A DNA stretch of 64,000 nucleotides. Origin: a virus. Under the pieces are notes generated by a model. That model saw nothing but the letters and a program-made list of their open reading frames with translations. It was not told the DNA's origin and ran no database searches. Positions 10,701-19,370 of this stretch are shown here, in pieces. The stretch lies in IMG/VR virus record IMGVR_UViG_3300008448_012223. One strand, 5' to 3'. The first letter of the stretch is position 1, and each line of letters starts with the position of its first letter. A program made the position numbers and the translations under genes.

Positions 10701-11075
10701 CTAGCCCTAGCAGATACACAGATATTATCAATCAATACTAAATTAACGTGGGGCCTAACTAATCCATTACTCTTCTATACTCAACTAGAGTTACTACCTG
10801 GTAGAGGGGACGACTTACAAATAATAGTAGATAGCTGGACATACGATAATAATACTCTGTACCCAGTGCAGGTTGATAATAGCTATACATCCTCAGTGCT
10901 AACCTACAGGATAACTGACTATGATTGGGGAACTAATGTAGGCCATGCTATATATGATGGTCAGTATGGTTATCTCCGTCTCATCGATGATAGAGGTACT
11001 ATATACACTATACCCAGTACTGCTATCGGAGGCCGCCTCATTCCTCTCATCTCATCATCGTACCTAGTGAAATAA
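7773..11075 (+). CDS. Large virion structural protein with a gp5 C-terminal-like beta-repeat segment (putative)
   Basis: 1100 aa. The segment QFVSDTNITQRAPFMQSVTDNYVVQSG…RIIEGDDLQRSGN resembles a spike beta-helix, followed by an acidic Pro/Thr/Ser linker and a helical region. Confidence 0.4.
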   Translation: MSKIEDQLVKGDLGAGRNTPTLGPALNDLNETSKNTAYQQATETLGQAAASTTPFEPRRISSQIIVEPVRAVEGLLELRDMNLQANQVLREGIAPNTEQNINAVGTAVNGNTEQSLDGIRKLKESSLLSDKAELADISQGNVNIAPANRLTQVANNIQFVSDTNITQRAPFMQSVTDNYVVQSGNSINHISDHHYAIGKDSTRIIEGDDLQRSGNRLRLSNRSETVTQVDKATALGEMERVSADYKSYATTHTSTSLNEMRLYSYGEMVARATNVDLIAAASPVGSEAADDKEEPAEIPVGRVNIYSSVPGGGLSGMTFSPEGMNSYALKSAFQGITHNHITAGPSIFQGAGAVFSLSGVMTLNTLPAIPDEIELNVDLIPHIPEFPKLPDLPNGCGAILENTDTPEEPTQSDIEQSDPDGAQVPTESNDSATTSGDTSSGATTPGGDAIGSLGEDIRSSISASKVTPKNPGKENIAKSATDTAKNPPALVAVEPAAVSSVASDVYLEREGETVGELTISVNTPLIDIAGDVQLEVQKVGEDLQQLGLSVSATQVTTLVNQVLTISRNNSIDAIAMLEGGTSQDLVPAELKQLFLNSPSLKTYIINEIKDALSLLSIGFLELSDLDTSARGLVVSDNSTDLARVYSLVSPALDRLYESTGLSQYGDTTQLAQLGTSLLNGEKLNEQTVDALIINSISSNLNRTLGIDGADVTNKVYNLAKRLAKANDKADDEADDEPIDVDKEITSLMSSLGTTLDSDLLKDAVYYKELGESIYNSASVLADSISTGDIGSIIRGDGIKSLLSGGLDKIIGENNTALIRAATDIGRTGLALGKSLALMPSIVGALSGSAIQKIVQLIDIISCLDIVDQARDLVTAIGNISTQPNSSRPGRSGTTDTLDTLDTISLLPRLTQYTNTVIDLYNNGDEELKQEIIELIEGPIDDEDTVTPREPLSTTVELLEGRWRLGVDECFRLPRLTLALADTQILSINTKLTWGLTNPLLFYTQLELLPGRGDDLQIIVDSWTYDNNTLYPVQVDNSYTSSVLTYRITDYDWGTNVGHAIYDGQYGYLRLIDDRGTIYTIPSTAIGGRLIPLISSSYLVK

Positions 11076-11425
11076 TGATAACACCAGTAGACGCCCCACA
11101 AGTCATACGCTACGGCATAGCAATATACGCGCCCCCTCTACCTAGCGTAGATAGTCTGACGCTCGAGATTCTTTATAGTGAGAGCCCCAACCCTCGCCTC
11201 ATACCCTGCTCTACTAGTGTGCGCCTATGGAAACGAGAGAGTGAGCAGGGAGAGAGGGGCACCCTATTCCTATGGAAGAAGGATAATCAATTAACTAAAG
11301 GCTACTATACGCTTATATTAGAGGCAAATAATAGACGAGGCTATTGTTCTATTGCGTTAACGGCGCCCACCGACTACTGGATAGTGGGGCTACCCTATAG
11401 TATTTATCCCCCTATAGCTTTATAA
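11075..11425 (+). CDS. Hypothetical protein
   Basis: 116-aa ORF, translationally coupled to the upstream gene. Confidence 0.55.
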   Translation: MITPVDAPQVIRYGIAIYAPPLPSVDSLTLEILYSESPNPRLIPCSTSVRLWKRESEQGERGTLFLWKKDNQLTKGYYTLILEANNRRGYCSIALTAPTDYWIVGLPYSIYPPIAL

Positions 11426-11427
11426 CT

Positions 11428-11805
11428 GTGGATATAGCGACGAGAGACGGAGATATACTCCTCAGCACAACTGGCGATCTAATGCTAGTAGACGAAAGAG
11501 ACTATCTAGTAAGGCGAGCTCTGGAGATTCCATTGGGTCACGTAGCTATATGGGTACCTGGTACTAGCGACTTTCGATTAGTTGATGCTGACGTGGGGAA
11601 TGCCCTCTATAATTATCTATCTGATCCCCTCAATCTTGACTGGGTAGGTAGGGCTGATATAGCTATAGCCAACGCTCTACGCGCCTTACCATCTGTGTAT
11701 AGTGTACGCGATGTGGATATTCAGGTAACAGGCCCGCGCGAGGTACGCATTAACGTTATATATAATGATAACCGCTCTCTCACGACTACATTGACACCTT
11801 CGTAA
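11428..11805 (+). CDS. Baseplate wedge protein, gp25/gpW-like
   Basis: MDI…GDILLSTTGDLMLVD…LVRRAL.IPLG…DVG…I..AL…V..VDI…V.INV, a gp25-like pattern immediately before the baseplate J-like gene. Confidence 0.65.
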   Translation: MDIATRDGDILLSTTGDLMLVDERDYLVRRALEIPLGHVAIWVPGTSDFRLVDADVGNALYNYLSDPLNLDWVGRADIAIANALRALPSVYSVRDVDIQVTGPREVRINVIYNDNRSLTTTLTPS

Positions 11806-11823
11806 GCGCCCCCTCTAGAGCGA

Positions 11824-11860
11824 GTTTCAATTAATCTTAAGCCTTATTAGGGACATAACA
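11824..11860 (+). CRISPR. Solitary CRISPR-repeat-like unit (single repeat, no array)
   Basis: Intergenic GTTTCAATTAATCTTAAGCCTTATTAGGGACATAACA matches 27 of the first 30 nt of the Microcystis repeat as I recall it (GTTCCAATTAATCTTAAACCCTATTAGGGATTGAAAC). The 3' handle is diverged and there is no second copy nearby. Confidence 0.65.
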
Positions 11861-11869
11861 GGTATTTTT

Positions 11870-12850
11870 ATGAATCTAAACACTATATTAAGTACCATCC
11901 AGCAAAAACTGCAGGGGACAATACTAAATGGTACCATCAGTCCACTCAGTAATCTCTACTTCCTATTACGAGCTATAGCCACCTGTATAGTAGATCTATA
12001 CGAGGAGACACGGCCCGTTACTATAATGGATGCCACCGACGTAGAGTTAGATGCGATGGCTCTATTATACGGTATAATTAGAAGAGAGGGCACACCAGCT
12101 AATGGCTACGCACTAGTGCTGGGCCCGGTACCAGCAGGTACTGTTATGCTGACACCTGATAATGTAACTATTATTCTAAGTGAGGCCATAAACAATAGTG
12201 GCGAGACACGCGTAGCTGTAACAGTAGGGAGGCCAGGTGAGGCTGTCATACCAGCTGGCACCCCACTGCGCGATCCCGTAACGGGTGCTACTGGCGTAGT
12301 AGGCCTATATAGAAACCCATTCAATGAAGCCGTAGGTGATATCGTAAATGGCACTGATAGAGAGAGTGACGATGATTTACGTCTACGCGCCCTTGAATAC
12401 CTAGACTTATCAGATAGCAGTAGTCTATCAGCTCTACGCGCGACTATAATTAACGAGATAAATACACTCAGCCGAATAGTCATAGTTGATTCTGACCCCA
12501 CGCCTGGCTATATAACTGTTTATACCGACGCGAGCGATGAGCGCACATTATTTCAGATAAGTAAGGTTATAGAGAATAATAAGGCAGTAGGCATCGGGTT
12601 CAGGGTCAGGACACTACAGCCATTCCCGTATAATGTACGTGTGGCCGTAGCAGGTAATGTCAACGCGGGTCTAGTTATAAGACAATACTTCAGAAACCTA
12701 GCTCCTCTCACTAGTCCATCAGCGAGAGGTATAGGTCTTGCTCTAGTGAATTCAGGAGCCAGCGCAGCCCGAGTGCTGAGTACATTACCACTCGCACCAG
12801 TTGATACTATGCCAGTCCTAGAGAGTGTAGAGGTGGTTCCAATTGGTTAA
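11870..12850 (+). CDS. Baseplate J-like protein
   Basis: LDAMALLYGIIRREGTPANG…IPAGT…GTDRESDDDLRLRAL…PGYITVY, the canonical baseplate J motifs. Confidence 0.85.
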   Translation: MNLNTILSTIQQKLQGTILNGTISPLSNLYFLLRAIATCIVDLYEETRPVTIMDATDVELDAMALLYGIIRREGTPANGYALVLGPVPAGTVMLTPDNVTIILSEAINNSGETRVAVTVGRPGEAVIPAGTPLRDPVTGATGVVGLYRNPFNEAVGDIVNGTDRESDDDLRLRALEYLDLSDSSSLSALRATIINEINTLSRIVIVDSDPTPGYITVYTDASDERTLFQISKVIENNKAVGIGFRVRTLQPFPYNVRVAVAGNVNAGLVIRQYFRNLAPLTSPSARGIGLALVNSGASAARVLSTLPLAPVDTMPVLESVEVVPIG

Positions 12851-15629
12851 TTATCGTTATAGGCTATCACGACTACTAATCCCGGGGGGCATACCTGATC
12901 CTGAGATAGGAGAGGTAGAGCTATTCCTGGCTAGTGATAGAGAGGGCTATGTTAATAATATAGACCTACCACCGGATCCCAATTGCCTGGAGATCAACTG
13001 TACCCCTACGCAATGCGTAGAGCGGATAGGTATATGGAGCAATCAGGCACTAGGCCCGCTGGGTACAGGAGGTTTCTTCATAGCAGGTGAACCTGATGAT
13101 GAGAATAGAGTTACTGTAATCAACGTGGGTGTAGTATGCCCCCTCACTGGCACACCGGGGCGCTCCAATTACGCTCTCTATCCACAGAAGCAAGGTACCC
13201 TTGAGCTAACTACACCTCTCATACCAGGTATGCCGTACGCCGAGATAGTGCGCGTCACCCCAACGGCAGGAGAGTTCCTATTACGCTACTACAAGATAAA
13301 AGGCCTTCCTCATGCGCAGCTAAGCATAGCTCGCTCCCTATCGAATCAGACGGTGGATACTGAGGAGTTAGCGTGGACTGTCATAGGTATGGTAGGAGCA
13401 TCTATACGGCCAGACGCTAATGTAATATACCGCAGTTCTGAAATAGATGCGACAGTCAGCGAATACATTAGACGAGCATGCTCGGGCCTACTAGAACTAA
13501 TGGATCCCGGCAGTCTACCGGGCAGACGAGGGAGTATCCCTCGCTTTGTGTATAGCCTGAGCTCTGAGGCCGATATATACGGCTCCGAGGCAGAGAAACT
13601 ACAGGCATTAACTGAGATACGCGTAGTAGAGAACTGCAGCGACTGTATAGAGGTGGGCCCCAATAATAAACGCGTATCTCGAGAGGTACGGGATAGATCA
13701 TGCGCCGCTGTACTGCTAGCGCTCTGCATCGCGGGCTACGGAGATAAGGCCACCCCACTAGCAGAGTATCTAGTGAGTCGTATAGATAGCCGCGGCAGAA
13801 TGATTACTGGCTGGACAGACGCACGGCCTCTAAGCACGTCACTTAGTCTAGATAGTCCTACAGCTAGTGGTACGATAACAGCGGCCCTAGCTATATTGGC
13901 CTATAGTCGTGTAGATAGATCATACCTACCCCATGCTCATAGATTAATAGAGAGTGCGCGCCTCTACTATTACACATCCTCCTGGGGTACTGATGCTATA
14001 GATAGAACACTAGGGGCCCTTATAAGCCGCGTGCTAGTTGACTACGCCGATACACCTAGCCAGGCGCAGGCGAGCCTCATTAATGTAATAGGGCAGGCAG
14101 GTACAGTAAGTCCTACATTCCTAGCACTCCAACTAGAGTTAATAGGAGATGTTAGTTTAAATACTACATACCGCGCTATATTAGATAATGACCCTACACT
14201 AGAGTGTGGATTATCACTAGCTAGAGAGCTATCCAGCACCTCATTTCTAAGAGTACTAGATGAACTGGGCCCTGTGTATAGGAATTATCTCTATCGTATA
14301 GATAAGACAATGTCGCGCGTAAGAGGGGCTCTACCTACAGACTTCGGCCTATTCAGTAAAACAGCTATTAGATCAGGTAATCTAGGCCGCATACTAGAGG
14401 CCCTAGTACCCTCAATTAGTGCGGCGTATAATAAACCACTAGTAGTACCTACGGCTCCGACTAAGGTCCCTGTGACTATATCGGGTATTCTTAACTGGTT
14501 AACAGGATTAGGGTATCAAGAAGTATATGTTACAGAGGCGTGGAGAGAGGCGCTGCACGTAGTTGGTAATCTACCTACTTACGGTAACACCACCCTAGGC
14601 ACAGGACTACTAGGTATGCCCCGCCCATCAGCGCGCGTAGGAGTACTAGGACGGTGGGAGGAGAAAATTAATCCTGCTCCTGGCGGCGTGCTGGTTATAC
14701 GAGAGGGTAATATACTGGGGGCTGGCATTATAGATGATACACCAGCAGTAGGCGCGCTAGTCCCAGATGACGAGGAGTGTAATATCTGTTACTGGTTTGG
14801 TATTTGTGAGGCACCAGAGCCATATGACTGTATCGCAGGTCAATTTGACTTCTGTGAATTTGAATTATTGTTGATATATTGCCCTGGGGTTTTACCCAAT
14901 AGGCCGATAAAAATCATTGAAGTCAACCAATCTGCTGTATATTGCCCTGGGATTTTACCTGATAGGCCAAAACTTGTCTATTGCTCCCTCTCTAACTCTC
15001 AATTAACAATCTTTAGACCAGTCGATACCGTTGATGGCACTTTTACCTATTGTACTTTTCCTATCACTGTTAGCGGCAATTTTACCTATTGTGCTTTTTC
15101 TACCGCCGAATTATCGACTTTTAGACCAGCCGAAAATCTTGTTGATAATTTACCTCCAGTAACCACCACCTCTCAAGGGCAGTGGATACAATTCAATCAA
15201 TGGCTAAGGATGGGTTTTACAACTGGGAATAACAGTAGTGGTTATATTATCAATTCGGTCACTCTTCGGTTAGCAGAAATCACCGCAAGTCCCAATTTAG
15301 TTGTCAGGCTCTATAACGACAGCCCTGGAGGACTCGGTAGTCGGATAACCACTTTTACTAACCCTAGTTTCACTCCTAACATTACCAACAATTACACCTT
15401 TACTCTTACTAATCCGCAAATATTAGCCGCTAATACTACTTATTGGTTAGTTGTCGAAATTTTAAGCGGTAGTGGGCAGTATATATGGGCCTTTACTACC
15501 TCTGGCAACCAATCAGGATCGTTGGGGTGGTCGATTCGCGACGATTCTTTGTTTAGCTCTAATCAAGGAGGCACTTGGGAGTTTTTCGCTGGATCTGTAG
15601 TTTTTCAATTTAAAGTAACAGGAACTTAA
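12843..15629 (+). CDS. Chimeric baseplate/tail protein: phage-native N-terminal ~650 aa plus an AT-rich Cys-motif linker and a choice-of-anchor-R-like C-terminal domain
   Basis: 928 aa with an abrupt switch to AT-rich DNA near 14830. The C-terminal NL…FTTG…INSVTLRL…VRLYND…YTFT…LAANTTYWLV…W pattern resembles cyanobacterial PEP-CTERM/choice-of-anchor R domains. Confidence 0.6.
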   Translation: MVNYRYRLSRLLIPGGIPDPEIGEVELFLASDREGYVNNIDLPPDPNCLEINCTPTQCVERIGIWSNQALGPLGTGGFFIAGEPDDENRVTVINVGVVCPLTGTPGRSNYALYPQKQGTLELTTPLIPGMPYAEIVRVTPTAGEFLLRYYKIKGLPHAQLSIARSLSNQTVDTEELAWTVIGMVGASIRPDANVIYRSSEIDATVSEYIRRACSGLLELMDPGSLPGRRGSIPRFVYSLSSEADIYGSEAEKLQALTEIRVVENCSDCIEVGPNNKRVSREVRDRSCAAVLLALCIAGYGDKATPLAEYLVSRIDSRGRMITGWTDARPLSTSLSLDSPTASGTITAALAILAYSRVDRSYLPHAHRLIESARLYYYTSSWGTDAIDRTLGALISRVLVDYADTPSQAQASLINVIGQAGTVSPTFLALQLELIGDVSLNTTYRAILDNDPTLECGLSLARELSSTSFLRVLDELGPVYRNYLYRIDKTMSRVRGALPTDFGLFSKTAIRSGNLGRILEALVPSISAAYNKPLVVPTAPTKVPVTISGILNWLTGLGYQEVYVTEAWREALHVVGNLPTYGNTTLGTGLLGMPRPSARVGVLGRWEEKINPAPGGVLVIREGNILGAGIIDDTPAVGALVPDDEECNICYWFGICEAPEPYDCIAGQFDFCEFELLLIYCPGVLPNRPIKIIEVNQSAVYCPGILPDRPKLVYCSLSNSQLTIFRPVDTVDGTFTYCTFPITVSGNFTYCAFSTAELSTFRPAENLVDNLPPVTTTSQGQWIQFNQWLRMGFTTGNNSSGYIINSVTLRLAEITASPNLVVRLYNDSPGGLGSRITTFTNPSFTPNITNNYTFTLTNPQILAANTTYWLVVEILSGSGQYIWAFTTSGNQSGSLGWSIRDDSLFSSNQGGTWEFFAGSVVFQFKVTGT

Positions 15630-15634
15630 GCACT

Positions 15635-16495
15635 ATGAATTTCCCTCTCATTAACAACGATACTGCTGGCAACTCCTATTATGGCTGGAGAGCTAATAAT
15701 CTTATTTACAGTCCTGATTCTATAGGATTTACCGCAGACAAATGGCAAAGCTGGATTAATGGTTTTTTTGGGCAGACTTGCGTTGACGACCAATTTCAGC
15801 TAATACTACCAGCCCCTTTTGAAACTTTAAGTTTGCCTGTGTCATCTTCTAATTGGAGATTTTCTAACCTACATATAAATACAACAAATACTACTGGCAC
15901 TTTTGCAGCATCGATGCCATCACCAACTGGAAATCATACTCTGTTTAATTCTCAAGCAATTGGCACTACCACACGAGCCCATTATGGGATATTAAATAAT
16001 TTAAGTTTTTCTATGTTTTCTATAGATCTCAATAATGCTAATTATTCTTTTTGCAGTATAGGCTGGCTCAAGAATCCCCTTTATAGTGGTAGTGCTTTTC
16101 CTAGAAATTCGTATTATTTTTTCCACAATGCAAACGGTGGCGACAATTTTAATAGCAGTGGTCGTCCTTCTGCCGAAAATACTACTGTTTCGCAACGGAT
16201 GCAGTATCCGGCAGTTAATACTACCGACTCTATTGCTAATTACCCCGTTTCTTGTCAGGCGGCAACTCCTGGAGCCAATACCACAGAACTTTACTTGAGA
16301 GACAATGTTGCTCCAAATAAAGCTATAGGATATGTACCAAATCTATTAAAAACGAGCTTACAGATTCCCGTAGGACAAGTTTACCGAAATACAGGAATAG
16401 ACCCTGATGGTTCTAATATAGATACTTGGATGTGTGTTGGGATATTTGGCTCGGAAAGAATATTAATGCGCGTCTGGAATGCAGGATTAGTCTAA
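15635..16495 (+). CDS. Putative tail-associated protein, AT-rich (cyanobacterial prophage-type)
   Basis: 286 aa ending CVGIFGSERILMRVW; similar to the next ORF. Confidence 0.6.
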   Translation: MNFPLINNDTAGNSYYGWRANNLIYSPDSIGFTADKWQSWINGFFGQTCVDDQFQLILPAPFETLSLPVSSSNWRFSNLHINTTNTTGTFAASMPSPTGNHTLFNSQAIGTTTRAHYGILNNLSFSMFSIDLNNANYSFCSIGWLKNPLYSGSAFPRNSYYFFHNANGGDNFNSSGRPSAENTTVSQRMQYPAVNTTDSIANYPVSCQAATPGANTTELYLRDNVAPNKAIGYVPNLLKTSLQIPVGQVYRNTGIDPDGSNIDTWMCVGIFGSERILMRVWNAGLV

Positions 16496-16606
16496 TCAAG
16501 TGATCTATCAAATCCTGAATTAGCCTAGCCAAAAAGCAATAAATCAAATTTCCATCTACTGTATACACAGGGCGAAGTTTGTATTTCACTATACCGGTAA
16601 GAATAA

Positions 16607-17421
16607 TGATTACCCCAATAAACACAATAAACGGCATTACATACTTTGGTTATAAATCAGGGCCCAGTCCTGGTATAGATATCACACGTTCTCAGTTAGT
16701 AGAGTTTCTAGACACAGCACTAGGTGCTGCTAATAATGAAGTATTACCTAATGTTATGGGGTTCCACGCGCGTATACCGTCCCGAGAGCTTATAACTGGA
16801 GCCGTTACGACTACTGCTAGTGATAGTAAAACTCGTGTGGTATTTGACAATAACTTACGCATAGCAGAGGTATATCCTCACAATGAGACTACGCCGGGCC
16901 CATTTGTTCCTGTGCAGAACCCATATATCCTACCTAACTTGACAGGTGAGCGAGTTGTATATATGTGCGCCTCTAGTGCGGGTCTAGGTATACTACAGAT
17001 ACGTCTGAACTCAGGTATACCAGACCAGAACGGCTATGTGTTTAATTATATAGGTTATTCGACTGAGGCATACACTGTTAACTACCCAATGGATCTGCAC
17101 TGTATAGTGTCGTATAAGATAGGGAACTCTACTGACAATGGCGTATTCGGCATAACTAGTAATATTAGTACTGCAGCCCGCACTATAACCCCCAGGCCTA
17201 ATGTGAGTTGTAGGGAGAATCGGGCAAAGCCAGTTAGTGATGTAGTCCTCGATGAATTTATTAAGGCGCAGCCATTTCTAGTATGGTTGGATAGGCCGCT
17301 GGCAATTGGAGGCGTAGCGAGCATAGTAGGTAATTCACATGGGTTATATATAAGTTGTGGTCGTCTAGGCTCCGGCAGTATACTGATGAGAGTAATAGGA
17401 CAACATCTAGTATATTGCTAG
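16607..17421 (+). CDS. Putative tail-associated protein, paralog of 15635-16495 with phage-native composition
   Basis: The likely start is MITPINTINGITYFGY (ORF track starts at 16579). It ends SCGRLGSGSILMRVIG. Confidence 0.6.
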
Positions 17422-17587
17422 CACCTGCGTATAGTTCTGACGCTGTATCTATTATTGGCTCTATTGCGACTGCCACGAACGACTCGTAACTGAGCGTTTA
17501 AGTGGTTTAACTTTGTTTCTAGCGTGTTCGTTTATTTGTCCTTGTTTTTTGAGTTTACTGATGATAACTGATAACCAATAAACTAAT

Positions 17588-17836
17588 TTAATAATTTATT
17601 TCTATAGGACATAACTGAATTTTATCACCTGTTTCAGACACTCCCCAAAGTTCTAAAATTTTGCGTGTATTTTTATCACCCAAAATATCTGTAATCCTCA
17701 TAATACAATTTATGTCAATTAAATTACAGTTACTAGAGTGATATGTATACCAATGTGATATAGCATCTTCTTCGCATTTAGCCATTATTAACGAAGCATG
17801 TCTTGTTATTTTGTCTTTAATCAAAAATAGTTTCAT
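17588..17836 (-). CDS. Hypothetical protein (AT-rich island)
   Basis: 82-aa ORF co-oriented with the island genes. Confidence 0.5.
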   Translation of the reverse strand: MKLFLIKDKITRHASLIMAKCEEDAISHWYTYHSSNCNLIDINCIMRITDILGDKNTRKILELWGVSETGDKIQLCPIEINY

Positions 17837-17993
17837 ATTTTTACTCTTAAGTAATTTAGTTTTTTACTGATAACTGATAACTAACACAACTAAATTCTTC
17901 CCCAAGTGACCAAAAAATCAAAAGTTTGTTCGGCAATTACATATATTTAACTACCTCTTGCCTATTCTAAGTTCTTTATTTATTGCCATTGTT

Positions 17994-18098
17994 TTAAGTG
18001 TCTGTAGCCTCAGTTGTTTTAATAAAGCCTAAAATAGTCTCCATTATCTTTGTTGCTTCTGGAATCAAAATATTGAACTCTTCTGCTGTTATTATCAT
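17994..18098 (-). pseudogene. 34-aa remnant duplicating the C-terminus of 18868-19365
   Basis: MIITAEEFNILIPEATKIMETILGFIKTTEATDT*. Nt 17985-18068 match 18859-18942 at 81 of 84 positions. Confidence 0.55.
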
Positions 18099-18520
18099 GG
18101 TGTTACCTCGGTTTGTATTTCATTTTCGATAAATGAAAGGATATTAATCATGATTTGTGTTCCTTTTTCACGCCATAGATTTAATTCTTCATGTTTAGCA
18201 GTCCCACTTTTCTTGAATGAGATTTTACTGTTTTTTCTATTATTTATCCATATAAGAAAACTTCCTTCCCAATCTATATTAGAGATAGTAGTTCGACCAT
18301 CTATATAATTTCTAAAATCACTAGGTGAACCGTCACTACTATAAGAGTTGTTGCTATTGACCTTTATATCTATTTGTATTCCATTTATAGAATTAAGAAT
18401 AGGGTGATACCCGTAAATCATGTCTTGAGTTTTAGTTAAAGACGTAAGTGACCACTTTATCTCTGGGTAAGTTTTTTGGCAGAAATTAAATATTTTTTGG
18501 GATGTTTCTTGTTTGTTCAT
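18095..18520 (-). CDS. Paralog family A member (hypothetical)
   Basis: MNKQETSQKIFNFCQKTYPEIKW…ILSFIENEIQ. Confidence 0.7.
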   Translation of the reverse strand: MNKQETSQKIFNFCQKTYPEIKWSLTSLTKTQDMIYGYHPILNSINGIQIDIKVNSNNSYSSDGSPSDFRNYIDGRTTISNIDWEGSFLIWINNRKNSKISFKKSGTAKHEELNLWREKGTQIMINILSFIENEIQTEVTP

Positions 18521-18530
18521 TGTTATTACC

Positions 18531-18863
18531 TTAAATACAAATAACTAGATCACCGACGCAAACATTGATAAATTTCTCGCAATTGTATCGAGAATTATTG
18601 CAAGCTTGAATAATAGAGGTATTTTCTTCAACAGAAATAATCCTTCCTGACCCTTTATAAAGAATACAATGACCAATGAAGTCGCTAGTTATCGGGTCGT
18701 ATATTGGTTTGTTTGTAATTGAATAAACCAAGTGAGAGGCATCTATTCGGATACTATTTAATTCACCGCGGTTTATTACTACTTTAAAATCATCGATAAC
18801 TTCAATTACCTTAGCTGGATACGTTCCTTTAGGCGTAAGTCCTAGTTCTTTATCTGTTGCCAT
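18531..18863 (-). CDS. Hypothetical small beta-barrel protein (FlgT C-terminal-like pattern)
   Basis: AKVIEVIDDFKVVINRG…IYDPITSDFIG…GRIISVEE. Confidence 0.5.
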   Translation of the reverse strand: MATDKELGLTPKGTYPAKVIEVIDDFKVVINRGELNSIRIDASHLVYSITNKPIYDPITSDFIGHCILYKGSGRIISVEENTSIIQACNNSRYNCEKFINVCVGDLVICI

Positions 18864-18867
18864 TGTT

Positions 18868-19365
18868 TTAAGTGTATGTAGCCTCAGTTGTTTTAATAAA
18901 GCTTAAAATAGTCTTCATTATCTTTGTTGCTTCTGGAATCAAGATATTTAAACCTTCGTTATCTCCCGCAACATCTGATTCTTCTTTAGTTGAAGTAAGC
19001 TGAACCCAGCTTTTATTTTCTCGGTGATACTCTCCTATTAGCAACATAGTCCTCTGAGTTTGTGTCAAATAACTTTCTACTTTAGTCTCTAAAATGTTGG
19101 ACGGCTTGGAAAGATATTTAATTGAAATATAATATCTTCCTAGTAATATGTCAAGAGGAAAAACTCTTTGTAGTAATTCGCTAGGATAAATAACAAAAAT
19201 CACGCCTTTTAAGACAAGCTCCCCATCTCTATCTAATAAATACTCGATATTGCCGTTCTTGTCGTAGGTATAGCTCTTCTGCGCTTCAAGACTCCAATTT
19301 TTAGGCTGCTTAAAAGTTTCTTTACAGAAAACCTCAATTTGTTTTAATGCTTCTGTTTTGTTCAT
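18868..19365 (-). CDS. Paralog family A member (hypothetical)
   Basis: MNKTEALKQIEVFCKETFKQPKNW…KIMKTILSFI. Confidence 0.7.
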   Translation of the reverse strand: MNKTEALKQIEVFCKETFKQPKNWSLEAQKSYTYDKNGNIEYLLDRDGELVLKGVIFVIYPSELLQRVFPLDILLGRYYISIKYLSKPSNILETKVESYLTQTQRTMLLIGEYHRENKSWVQLTSTKEESDVAGDNEGLNILIPEATKIMKTILSFIKTTEATYT

Positions 19366-19370
19366 TAGCG

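Noticed and set aside
17396-17490. Possible frameshift extension of 16607-17421 (…TSSILLAPAYSSDAVSIIGSIATATNDS*)
   Set aside because: The alternative frame is short, no slippery site is evident, and the paralog ends at a similar position; unsupported without homologs.
17985-18942. Diversity-generating retroelement TR/VR pair
   Set aside because: Only 3 mismatches, not restricted to adenines, and no reverse transcriptase in the window.
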